From Macrostomum lignano (lineage: Eukaryota), in assembly GCA_002269645.1 (NCBI GenBank), contig NIVC01003727.1, forward strand, positions 53,172 through 117,171: a stretch of 64,000 bases of DNA, written 5' to 3'. Below, one piece after another: positions 14,056 to 25,479 of the stretch. Under the pieces are notes generated by a model. The model was not told the origin of the DNA and searched no databases. It worked only from the letters and a program-made list of their open reading frames with translations. The position numbers and the translations under genes were made by a program. The number at the start of each line of letters is the position of its first letter. Position 1 is the stretch's first letter.

Positions 14056-15838
14056 TTACACTGTAGCAAACTCTTCCTTTTGTTCGAACCTGTAGAGCCT
14101 GGGATTTTCTATCATACTGGGTTCAGTGCGAGCAGCCTGGCCTAAGTCTTGGTCCTGGTCCTGGTCCTGGTAATGGTGCTGGTCTTGGTCCTGATCCTGG
14201 TCCTGGTCCTGGTAATGGTGCTGGTCTTGGTCCTTGTCTTGTTCCTGGTCTTGATCCTGGTCTTGGTCCTTGTCTTGTTCCTGGTCTTGTTCCTGGTCTT
14301 GTTCCTGGTCTTGTTCCTGGTCTTGGTCCTTGTCTTGTTCCTGGTCTTGGTCCTGGTCTTGGTCCTTGTCTTGTTCCTGGTCTTGATCCTGGTCTTGGTC
14401 CTTGTCTTGTTCCTGGTCTTGTTCCTGGTCTTGTTCCTGGTCTTGTTCCTGGTCTTGGTCCTTGTCTTGTTCCTGGTCTTGGTCCTGGTCTTGGTCCTTG
14501 TCTTGTTCCTGGTCTTGTTCCTGGTCTTGTTCCTGGTCTTGGTCCTGGTCTTGTTCCTGGTCTTGGTCCTGGTCTTGGTTCTTGTCTTGTTCCTGGTCTT
14601 GTTCCTGGTCTTGACTGTCTTGGTTTCGGTTCTCCCGATTGAGAGGCATCATCTCACTTGTCGGCGTGCTACTCTTGTTTTCGTGCCTAAAACAAGCAGT
14701 CAGCCTTTGGTGCACAAGACCAATGAGACAGACGGCAACGATGACCAGGATTAATGACAGTGGCATCAAGACTGGCCAGGGAAGTTGGTTAGCCGAACCT
14801 TCGCCATAGCTAGCTGCTGTAAGAACTGAACTCGACTCCGGAGCATTAGTTGTATGCGCGTCTGTATTGGTTGAAGCACCGATAGGATTAGGTTTAGGAT
14901 TAGCATTAGCACCAGCGCTAATTGGTGTTTTTGGCGGCACCTTGTCTTCGGTGTTGTGAAGCTCCGTTGAACTAACTGCAAGGGCATTTAAAGTTATATT
15001 TATATTGTAACTAAAAATAGTTATTGTATTTGTTCACGGGGGACACCCGTGGATTTTCCTTACAAACATGGATCCAAAAGACAATGAAACCAAAATTGTA
15101 CACTTGTACACTTCCAGTGACCTTGAATTGTATAGTGCTGCATTTGATATGACCAAATTAAGTTTCGGGTAACGAAAAACCAGATGATAGAAACGATTTT
15201 ACTAAATTTAACTTGACTGCTCGCTTCTGTTTAACTCCGGTTTCTACCAACATGGAACCAAAATTTACCCACTGTAGTAACTGCAGAATGCCCACAGAAT
15301 TTACATACTGCCAGCATGGAACCAAAATCTTCAAGTTTTACCTGCACTATAGCAACTGCAGAATGCCCACAGAATTTACATACTGCCAACATGGAACCAA
15401 ATTCTTCAAGGTTTACCCACTATAGCAACTGCAGAATGCCCACAGAGTTTACATACTGCCAACATGGAACCAAATTCTTCAAGGTTCACCCACAATTAGC
15501 AACTGCAGAATGCCCACAGAATTTACATACTGCCAACATGGAACCAAAATTTTGAATCAAAAATGGAACCAAGGGAGCAAATACAACAAAGAAAGCTCAC
15601 CCTCGGTAGTGGCAGTCCAGGTGGCCGGAGGCGGATACGGGCACTCCTTGTGCTGGTTCGCGAATGTCTTCAGATAGTCTTCCGTATTTCCCTCCAGGCT
15701 GGGGCAGTCCAGGCAGTCAACCAAAGCATCTGGATATTCGCCAAGCTCGCATTTCGGCCTGACGACCGGTGCGCCGAGTGTTTGAATGGCTGAGCAGGCC
15801 AGTAGCATAAATAGCAGCCGCACTTTGGACAACTGCAT
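14056..15838 (-). CDS. Receptor paralog C, 385 aa (exons 15838-15601, 14975-14056), with Q/D/E-repeat cytoplasmic tail
   Basis: Signal peptide, CELGEYPDALVDCLDCPSLEGNTEDYLKTFANQHKEC, phase-1 intron, stalk, TM helix (PWPVLMPLSLILVIVAVCLIGLV), (QD/QE)n, then MIENPRLY...EFATV*. Confidence 0.8.
14150..14612 (-). repeat. Coding hexamer repeat (CAAGAC/CAGGAA/CAGGAC) encoding (QD/QE/KD)n
   Basis: In-frame in exon 2 of paralog C; the opposite-strand LVLV and SCSW ORFs are by-products. Confidence 0.9.
15245..15550. repeat. 73-bp tandem repeat, about 4 copies, in the intron of paralog C
   Basis: AACATGGAACCAAA...CTGCAGAATGCCCACAGAATTTACATACTGCC recurs with a 73-bp period (e.g. 15388 and 15461). Confidence 0.9.
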
Positions 15839-16749
15839 ACTTCAATTCTAGTAGATATCTCGTGGTTGAACAGAGAGGAGAGAAGATAATATTCGAAAGC
15901 TTTAATTGGTAGCGCACGCTCGCGCGATTCAGCCTAGTTATAATTTGCACATAGAATTTCCATTGAATTTCCGTGGAACAGCAACGGAAATGCCAAGATT
16001 TTCAAGTTTTGTAAGTTATAAAAATAGCCAATGCGTGTGTTGAATGTTAGCTTCTAACTAAAGAAGGCTAACGTAACTGTTTACTATGAAACAATCCATT
16101 CAATTTAGAACGGTAAAGATATGCCCCTGCTCGTGCATGTCCCCCCCCCCCCCCAAGAAATTCTAAAGACTGCACACTAAATAGCAGAAATGAAATGAAA
16201 ATTGTATTTCGCTGTAGGACAGATAATTATTTAAAATAGAGAATGATTAGAAAATTAAGCATTTTCTATTTTATGGTTAATCAACAATAATAATGATTGA
16301 TAGTACATCTGCTTACAGAAAATGCATGAGTAGCTATTTACAAGGAAAGATTTGGAATGAAGTTAATGTTTGAATCTTCATAAATAATGACACATTCAAA
16401 TATTTATTAGAATTATTATAAACACATGACGAGCGCAATCCTGGTATGAAACATTTTTGTTTATTTGGATGAATGCTCGCTGCTAGGAAGTTGATGAGCA
16501 CGATTCACATTTTCTTTGTAAGGAGAAACTCGAACTCCAACGAACCAACCGGCTATGCAGACTGTCGTTAAAGCCAGGCTTCGATTTCAGAGTCTTGCCA
16601 GAATGGGATTTGGTGTTACAAACTCTGAATCGCTTTCGCATTGACCTTCAGCCAAAAGACGACCACTCGCGGAGCCGCAATGAGTCAATTTTTTCAAATT
16701 ATTCCTCTGTGAACGCAGTCGAATGAGCACTACTTGTAACTCGAAAAGT

Positions 16750-18750
16750 TTAATCCCTTTCAGACTCGAAAAGCTTGGGATTTTCTGTCATGTTGGGATT
16801 CTTGCGATGAGGCTGTGGGTCTTGATTCCGTCTGTGGCTTCGGTCCGGGTCTTGGTCGTTGCTTGGGTCTTGGTCGTTGCTTGGGTCTTTGTTGTTGCTT
16901 GGGTCTTGGTCGCGACTGTGGCTTAGGACTTGATTTAGGCTTTGACTCTGTTCTCTGTCCAGCTGATTGGGGGGAGCATTCTCACATTTCAGGCGTCTGC
17001 TCAGCCGTTTTAAACAAGCCCGCAGATATCGGCGACAGATGTAGCACACAATGGCGAGGAAAAAAGCCAATATGACGACAACTGAAGCAATGAGCAAGTG
17101 TCTTTCCACGACTCCACCATTTCTAACAGTTGTATCAACTGGGCTCGATGCTGGAGGTTGAGTCGTAGACGCTTCGGTTTTGGTTGAAGCACCAACAGTA
17201 GGAAAGCTGCTGCCGCCTGCTGGCGTTGTTGGCGGCACTTGGCTTGTTTTCGAAACTGTAAGGCAGTTGAAGTCATATGTTCTTGTTTCTAAAAATAGAC
17301 TTTGTGCACCCGTGGGATACCCATGGATTTCCCTTCGCCAACGGGGTTCTAATGACTAATTAAAATGAATCGATATGTTTAACTCTAATATCATACTAAG
17401 TTCCGGGGATACAGTTTACAAGGACAACTTAAGTAGAAGGACGCAACACTCGAAATCTATGGTAAATGTTTTGAAGGCAACTTTTCTACACTACAGAGAT
17501 AGGAGGTTTTAATTTTTTCAGCACAAAAATTGTTATTGCTTTCGATAGGAGGCAGACACAATGTTCATCTTTTGATATGCTGTGCCTTCCGTATAGCTCT
17601 ATTGGGATTCACAAAGCATTTTTTCAGAAATTAGGATTCTATGTTCAATTATTATTCTACGTACATTTGCATGTCTAAAATGTCTAAAATGACACGGCTC
17701 AGCTCATTGGTTTTATGAATCCATTTTATAATTCTTAGCTGACTGTGTAACAATATGTGTAACCGAGATGATAAAATAAATTCACAAAACCAAAAATTCG
17801 AGCTGTGTCATGCATTTTTATGATATTTAGGTACAGGAAATATACGTAGAATAAAAAATTAGCATAGAATCCTAATTTTCTGAACAAGAAGCTTTATGAA
17901 TATCAATAGAGCTATAAGAAATGCACAACACATCAAAAGATGAACACTGGGTCTACCTCCTATCGAAAGCAATTCTTGGCTCGAAAGATAATCTTTAAAG
18001 ATTTTCTCACGTTTTATTCATACGGCCCAATAACAGTTTTTGCGCTGAAAAAAATTAAAACCTTCTGTCTCTGTGTATTTTTTCAGAAATGACTGCCTTA
18101 AATTTTTTTCCAAGAAACGAGGTTTCCGGTCCTTCTACTTAAGTCGTCCTCGGCTCTTGTATCTAAAAATAGACTTGTACACCCGTGGGATACCCATGGA
18201 TTTCCCTTCGCAAACATGGATCTAATGACTAATTAAAATTGATCAATATGCTCAACTCTAATATCATACTTTCCGGGGAAACAGTTTATCGAAAGAGTGA
18301 CCCCTAAGATATTAGAGTTGTTCAGGTAAAGAATTTCAATTAACTTGTGACGTAAACGTAGAATATGACCAACAATAACTACACAATGTCTACAGGGCTC
18401 CCATACCAGCTACATGGAACCAACAGCTCAGAGTGTAGCCAAAAATACGTACACAATGTTCACATGGTTTCCCATGGCATGAACTCACCTCTGACAGTCG
18501 AAGTCATGGTGGTCTCGACCGGAGTAGGCGGCGGCGCATACGGACACTCGGGGTGTACTGATGCGAACGACTTCAGATAGGACTCCGGGTTTTCAAGAAG
18601 GCGGGGGCAGGGCAGACAGCCAGCCAGGTCCTCATCGAAATACTTACCCGGCTTGCATCTGTGCTGCTTAATCGGATTGGCCGGTAACGGACTGGCTGAG
18701 GAGACCAACAAAACTAGCAACAGAAAGCTGCGTTTGTCTTTTAATCGCAT
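16750..18750 (-). CDS. Receptor paralog D, 255 aa (exons 18750-18489, 17255-16750)
   Basis: Signal peptide, CKPGKYFDEDLAGCLPCPRLLENPESYLKSFASVHPEC, Pro/Thr stalk, phase-1 intron, TM helix (LLIASVVVILAFFLAIVCYIC), (DQDPSN)-type repeats, then MTENPKLFESERD*. Confidence 0.8.
17421..18150. mobile_element. Palindromic MITE/foldback element, about 730 bp, in the intron of paralog D
   Basis: Termini AGGACAACTTAAGTAGAAGGAC and GTCCTTCTACTTAAGTCGTCCT are inverted repeats with 1 mismatch. Internal arms (17500-17640 versus 17870-18070) are also inverted homologs. Another copy lies at 585. Confidence 0.85.
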
Positions 18751-19212
18751 TGTCTTCAATTTGTAGTGAGTGAGCTAGCGCAGAAGAGGGCGTGGGCGTT
18801 GCAAATCGTGGGCGAATCGTTTTATGCTCATGCGTAGACTTTCCGTGGAAAGACTATGGAATTGCAGCGGGAAGGCTTTCAAGGCTAAGTGTACATTTTT
18901 AGTTTCTAAAATAAGCAACTACGAGTATTCGTTTTCGTACGTAAAATGCATTCCCTTAGCAGACAAAATTCAAAACTGGCATCGTCTTTGTACTATATTG
19001 CTAATCTGAAGACAGCACTTATCTACAGACTTTCAATAATATAGGAATAAGTTTTAAGACCAATATCAATATTGATGAGGTAAAATTTTGCTAAAACAAA
19101 CTGTAAAATCGATCAAGTTTTCGGATTTTTTTATCATTGTTGAATTCAGCTGAAATTTGATACCCATTATTAGGAACCTAAGCAGCAGGTTTCTCAGAGC
19201 ATACAGTCATTT

Positions 19213-19950
19213 TCATCTAGTTACCCTGGCATTTGGCATTCTCTGGAACCACGAGTTGAAGCAAACCCTTAGATAGGCTTCCTGAAACGGGTCCAGGATA
19301 TCTAGGAGCTCCTCCCTAGAGTCAAGCCGCCTTACCTTCAAGTTCTTCTCCATTTTGGGAAAGTCGAGCGACTAAGTTAGATGCGGCAGCTGCTGAAGCT
19401 GCGTTGTCTGCGTTGTCGTGGTGAAGGAAGATGCGCCTTCTCCCCCGACCATGCTCACTGTGGCACTATGCTCACTGTGGCACTATGCTCACTGTAGCAC
19501 CATGCTCACTGTAGCACCATGCTCACTGTAGCACCATGCTCACTGTGGCACCATGCTCACTGTGGCACCATGCTCACTGTGGCACCATGCTCACTGTGGC
19601 ACTATGCTCACTGTGGCACTATGCTCACTGTAGCACCATGCTCACTGTAGCACCATGCTCACTGTGGCACCATGCTCACTGTAGCACCATGCTCACTGTG
19701 GCACCATGCTCACTGTGGCACCATGCTCACTGTGGCACCATGCTCACTGTGGCACCATGCTCACTGTGGCACCATGCTCACTGTGGCACCATGCTCACTG
19801 TGGCACCATGCTCGAGCAACACTGGCTGCAAAATGCCGCAGGCCTCGCGACGAAGCTTCAGCAGCGCATCCTCGTCACTGGTGACCCACTGACGGCTCTG
19901 CTCTCCAATCTCCGGGTTGTAGAAGTAGACCCGGTTTTCATTATCCGTGG
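19213..19950 (-). mobile_element. Degenerate mariner (Tc1/mariner) transposase fragment interrupted by a minisatellite
   Basis: Reads TDNENRVYFYNPEIGEQSRQWV (cf. TGDETWVYxYDPExKxQSxQW), GILQPVLLEHGATV, then the array, then RRRIFLHHDNA, then DFPKMEKNLKVRRLDSREELL...SWFQRM. Confidence 0.85.
19449..19813. repeat. 17-bp minisatellite (CCATGCTCACTGTGGCA), about 21 copies
   Basis: Direct tandem repeats inside the mariner relic. Confidence 0.95.
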
Positions 19951-20734
19951 GGCTGTGAGGTTATCGTCCACCAGTTCTACAGCGCATTTTGGTGGCCAAT
20001 GGAAGCAGAAATGTTGCACGCAAGCAGAGAGCATTCGTCTGAGAAAATTAGTGTAAAATTTCGCTGCCTTGCTTCATTTTTAATTGCATATTTCTAAAAA
20101 ATTAATACTCGCAAGCACCCCTCATATGATGAAAAATAATTTTAAATACAAACTAGAAAGAATATTAATAACTTGAGACTTGAGCTTAGATACAATGTAA
20201 TGAGTAATTTTAGCACTGGCCATCCAGCTTCAATGATGACGCACAAAAAATTGTGAGCACACGAGCCAGCACAAATCCTAGCCAATAAAACACAATTAAA
20301 AGCTTTAATATGTAACTCACCTGCCGCACTACAACTGTTCATTGAGTTAAACAAAACGAAGTTATACAGAGCCTTTAATTCAAACAACAAAATCTCTTTT
20401 CTTTCCATTGGCATAGCTCGCAGTCTGCCTGAGCTACTGCCATTTTGCTTCTTTTCTGCCTGAGCATTTATCTGAAACTGCAGAGCTGCCCGCGGGAAAA
20501 TGTACACAATTTTCCAGGAAAAAAAACAAAAAGCAAAGCTATAGACAATGTGAGTATGAGTTGCCGTGAGCAATGTGAGCAAGACTCCGTTTTTAGCTAG
20601 CAAAAACTACATGACTATTTTCGGGTGCTCGCTGAGCAATGGCTATTTTTAGATTTTGGAAATGCCATGGAATTTCAGGGAATTTTGAGCTGCTGTGGAA
20701 TTGACTGAGCCCGGCTGTTAACTAGCCTATTCAG

Positions 20735-22920
20735 TCTATCAACCAGTCTATCCCATTTATCAACTAATCTATATCTATCAACTAGTCTATCCCATATATC
20801 AACTAGTCTATTCCATCTATTAACTAGTCTATCCCATCTATCAACTAATCTATCCCATCTATCAACTAGTCTATTCCATCTATCAACTAATCTATATCTA
20901 TCAACTAGTCTATCCCATCTATCAACTAGTCTATCCTATCTATCAACTAATCTATCCCATCTATCAACTAGTCTATCCCATCTATCAACTAGTCTATTCC
21001 ATCTATCAACTAATCTATATATATCAACTAGTCTATCCCATCTATCAACTAGTCTATCCTATCTATCAACTAATCTATCCCATCTATCAACTAGTCTATT
21101 CTATCTATCAACTAATCTATATCTATCAACTAGTCTATCCCATCTATCAACTAGTCTATTCCATCTATCAACTAATCTATATCTATCAACTAGTCTATCC
21201 CATCTATCAACTAGTCTATCCTATCTATCAACTAATCTATCCCATCTATCAACTAGTCTATTCTATCTATCAACTAATCTATATCTATCAACTAGTCTAT
21301 CCCATCTATCAACTAATCTATCCCATCTATCAACTAGTCTATTCCATCTATCAACTAATCTATATCTATCAACTAGTCTATCCCATATATCAACTAGTCT
21401 ATTCCATCTATTAACTAGTCTATCCCATCTATCAACTAATCTATCCCATCTATCAACTAGTCTATTCCATCTATCAACTAATCTATATCTATCAACTAGT
21501 CTATCCCATATATCAACTAGTCTATTCCATCTATCAACTAGTCTATCCCATCTATCAACTAGTCTATTCCATCTATCAACTAGTCTATCCCATATATCAA
21601 CTAGTCTATCCAATATATCAACTAGTCTATCCAATATATCAACTAGTCTATCCCATACATCAACTAGTCTATCCAATATATCAACTAGTCTATCCATCTA
21701 TCAACCAGTCAGTCCCGTCTATATATAAACTAGTCTATCCCATCTATCAACTAGTCTATCCCATATATCAACTAGTCTATCCAATATATCAACTAGTCTA
21801 TCCCATCTATCAACTAGTCTATCCCATATATCAACTAGTCTATCCCATATATCAACTAGTCTATCCAATATATCAACTAGTCTATCCAATATATCAACTA
21901 GTCTATCCAATATATCAACTAGTCTATCCAATATATCAACTAGTCTATCCCATCTATCAACTAGTCTATCCCATCTATCAACTAGTCTATCCAATATATC
22001 AACTAGTCTATCCCATATATCAACTAGTCTATCCAATATATCAACTAGTCTATCCCATCTATCAACTAGTCTATCCCATCTATCAACTAGTCTATCCCAT
22101 ATATCAACTAGTCTATCCCATCTATCAACTAGTCTATTCCATCTATCAACTAGTCTATCCCATCTATCAACTAGTCTATCCCATATATCAACTAGTCTAT
22201 CCCATATATCAACTAGTCTATCCAATATATCAACTAGTCTATCCAATATATCAACTAGTCTATCCAATATATCAACTAGTCTATCCAATATATCAACTAG
22301 TCTATCCCATCTATCAACTAGTCTATCCCATATATCAACTAGTCTATCCCATCTATCAACTAGTCTATCCCATATATCAACTAGTCTATCCAATATATCA
22401 ACTAGTCTATCCCATCTATCAACTAGTCTATCCCATCTATCAACTAGTCTATCCCATATATCAACTAGTCTATCCCATCTATCAACTAGTCTATTCCATC
22501 TATCAACTAGTCTATCCCATCTATCAACTAGTCTATCCAATATATCAACTAGTCTATCCCATATATCAACTAGTCTATCCCATCTATCAACTAGTCTATC
22601 CAATATATCAACTAGTCTATCCCATCTATCAACTAGTCTATCCCATCTATTTATCAACTAGTCTATCCAATATATCAACTAGTCTATCCCATATATCAAC
22701 TAGTCTATCCCATCTATCAACTAGTCTATCCCATCTATCAACTAGTCTATCCCATCTATCAACTAGTCTATCCCATATATCAACTAGTCTATCCAATATA
22801 TCAACTAGTCTATCCCATCTATCAACTAGTCTATCCCATCTATCAACTAGTCTATCCCATATATCAACTAGTCTATCCCATCTATCAACCAGTCAGTCCC
22901 GTCTATTTATCAACTAGTCT
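20735..22920. repeat. 21-bp minisatellite (TCAACTAGTCTATCCCATCTA), about 100 copies
   Basis: About 2.2-kb tandem array; source of the RLVDRWD ORFs. Confidence 0.97.
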
Positions 22921-23439
22921 ACACCTGCTTTAATAATCTATCCATCATATAATTATAATTATAGAAAACTATAACTATGCTACTTGAATAAATTTAGTAA
23001 CAATAAACAAAAAATTATTTATGGTTTTATGTTATAAAGTTAAACGCTGCTGAGCGAATTGGCACAAACACTTAGACATATGAATAAAAATGTTTATTCA
23101 TAGCATGAAAACATTTTTTTTTATTATAAAAACAAATAAAATTCATAATTACTACATAAATTGACAAGTAAAAAGTACACCGCGGACATTAAAAAATGCA
23201 GGCAGCAATACGGTTAAGTGAAAAATGCTTAAATATGCTTAAATTTCCCTCGCAAAAATGAATCAATTTTCGATAATAGCAACTTACAGGCACGCATTGA
23301 AAATGACTGGCTGTCAATCAAAATGCTTGCAAAAATTTTCAAGCAGCTGACAAGCAACGGGTCCCCGAGTGGGTCAATCGCAATAGAAATAAACGTATTT
23401 GAGTCTAAGTACGGGTCGGTACGTAAGTCAGTCAATAGA

Positions 23440-23682
23440 TGGGTCAGCAAGTACAGCAGGTGGGTCAGCACACAGCAGGTGGGTCAGCACACAGCAGGTG
23501 GGTCAGCATACACAGCAGATGGGTCAGCACACACACACACAGCAGGTGGGTCAGTATACACACACAGCAGATGGGTCAGCACACACACACTCAGCAGGTG
23601 GGTCAGCACACAGGTGGGTCAGCACACAGGTGGGTCAGCACACAGGTGGGTCAGCACACAAACAGCAGATGGGTCAGCACGA
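23440..23682. repeat. Imperfect CAGCAGGTGGGTCAGCACA(CA)n repeats just 3-prime of the LRR1 stop
   Basis: Variable-length tandem units. Confidence 0.85.
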
Positions 23683-25258
23683 GAAGTAGCGGCACAGCTC
23701 GAACCGCCGCTCGAAGCACGCAGCGGAGCAGAAGTGCAGCATGACGGGCACCGTAGCGACGCCGCCGTTACCGTCAGAGTCGACGGGCGCGGGCAGCTCG
23801 TAGCAGGCGGCCAGGTGCCGCGGGTGCACGGGCAGCGGGCAGGGGGCCACCCGCGGGTCGCAGTGACGCCTGCAGGCGGCGCAGGCAGGCATTGCGGCCA
23901 GGTCGTCCAGGAGGTGCCACGGCAGTGGCGGCGGCGACTTTGAACGAAAATCGACAACCAGCCGACGAACGACGGCCAGACAGAGCGAGGCGAGGTCGGG
24001 CACGGGCAGGCGGACGGGGAGGCGGCCGGGGTCGCGGCAGCTGAACGGCTGGCCGGAGCCAATGGACAGCCGGTCGAGTCGGACAGCCGGCCGAGGCAAA
24101 AGGCGAAGGCGGTTGCCGTCGAGGGCGAGGGAGCGCAGCAGCGGCACGGCAGGCAGGCAGTCGGGCAGGCGGGTCAACCGGTTGCCGCAGAGGTCGAGGC
24201 TTCGCAAGGCGGCGAGGCGGCCGAGCTCAGAGCCGAGCCAGGCCAAGCAGTTGTCGCGGAGGTCCAGCACCGCCAGACTGCTGGCAAGGGGGCCGGCGGC
24301 ACGGAGTTCGAATCCTGGAAATGTCACCAGGCGATTGCCAGGCAGGCTGAGCTCCGTTAGCGGCAGACGATTGATTGCGTCCGGCAGAGACTCGAGCTGG
24401 TTGCCATGGATACGTAGGACGCTGAGCTGGCCCAGCCGGCAGAGGCGGGCGTCGAAGCGACGCAGGCCGATCGGACCGACGCTGAGCTGCACCAGGTGAG
24501 GCGGGAAGTCGCCGGCGGAGGGGTAGGCCTCCCGGCTGGACACCTGGCAGGGCGGGCGATGAATTAATTGATTCACTGTATTGGCTCGCGAGCTTTTGTT
24601 CGGGTCACCCGAGGGGGGGGGGGCAGAAGAGCTAGTCCATATACTAAATCTTCAGTTAGGAGGGGGTCGCTTTAGTCGTGTGGGTTAGTGCTGCAGAGTT
24701 AAGCATAATTGGCCGTGGTTAGTATACAGTTAATTAGGCCTGCCAAGGTTATCTCCTTAGGCAGCAATGCCAAATTAAGCGGAGCTCCAATTCAGCCCAC
24801 AGAGCAGCAGCTCCGACCTGTCCTGAACTCACCGTCAGCTGAGTTTGTGTACGCGCCCGCACCCGTCGCTTGTCCAACGACGTCAGCGAGGAGTAATCCA
24901 AGCCGGAGCCTAGCAGCAGGCGTCGGTCAACCCCACGACCTCCGGCTACGTCGCCGAGAAGGCGAGCCAAGCCGGCCAGCTGGCGGGGCTCGGCGCCGCT
25001 AATGAGCAGCTGCACGTGCGGCCCGGTCAGGCACAGGGTGAGCCGGCCCTCGGACAGGAAGCGGGTGTGCAACCGCTCAATGTTGGCGGCGGACACCGGC
25101 CAGGCCTGGCAGCCGCTGCCGCCCCACTGGCAGGCGAGTCGATAGCGACCGTCGCGGCCGCACAGGCTCAGCAGCGCCCGGCGGGCTCGCGGAGGCGGGC
25201 CGCCACCGCAGCCGGTGCCGCCGGTGAGCAGCACGGCTAGCTGACAGTCGATTCGCAT
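23674..25258 (-). CDS. LRR1: Leucine-rich repeat protein 1 (CRL2 substrate receptor, PPIL5/LRR-1), 431 aa (exons 25258-24833, 24543-23674)
   Basis: N-terminal MRIDCQLAV...RFLSEGRLTL (PIF1/LRR1 PH-like). Junction QLT|VSSREAYP aligns with the LRR1 ITSKKDYP..FP region. LRRs, a BC-box-like VPDLASLC, and C-terminal CAAC...FCSAAC. Confidence 0.8.
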
Positions 25259-25479
25259 TGCGCCGTTCGCCCCCAGCTGTTGCGCTGAATGAATCAGGGC
25301 CAAGGACTTTTATAATTTCTTGCGGGAAAAAAGGACTACTAAGTGCTTAGTGCTAGGCAGCTGTTCAAGCTCTATCAAGGATTACTAAACAAATAATATG
25401 TAACCTACGAGACTTCCTGCGGTGCGTTTTATGAGCGGAACTTATCTTAATCTGTCCTGAATATCATAAAAAATGCGCC

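Larger units (their letters stand above)
10700..18852. promoter_or_regulatory. Rel-homology-type (NF-kB/NFAT-like) palindromes upstream of each receptor paralog: 10700-10707, 12609-12618, 15969-15978, 18839-18852
   Basis: GGAATTCC, GGGAATTCCC, TTCCGTGGAA and CTTTCCGTGGAAAG lie 95, 117, 131 and about 90 bp upstream of the four ATGs. Function is inferred only. Confidence 0.4.

Noticed and set aside
20142-20603. 153-aa minus-strand ORF upstream of receptor D
   Set aside because: Non-ATG start, AT-rich composition and no domain; at most a non-coding or unrelated exon.
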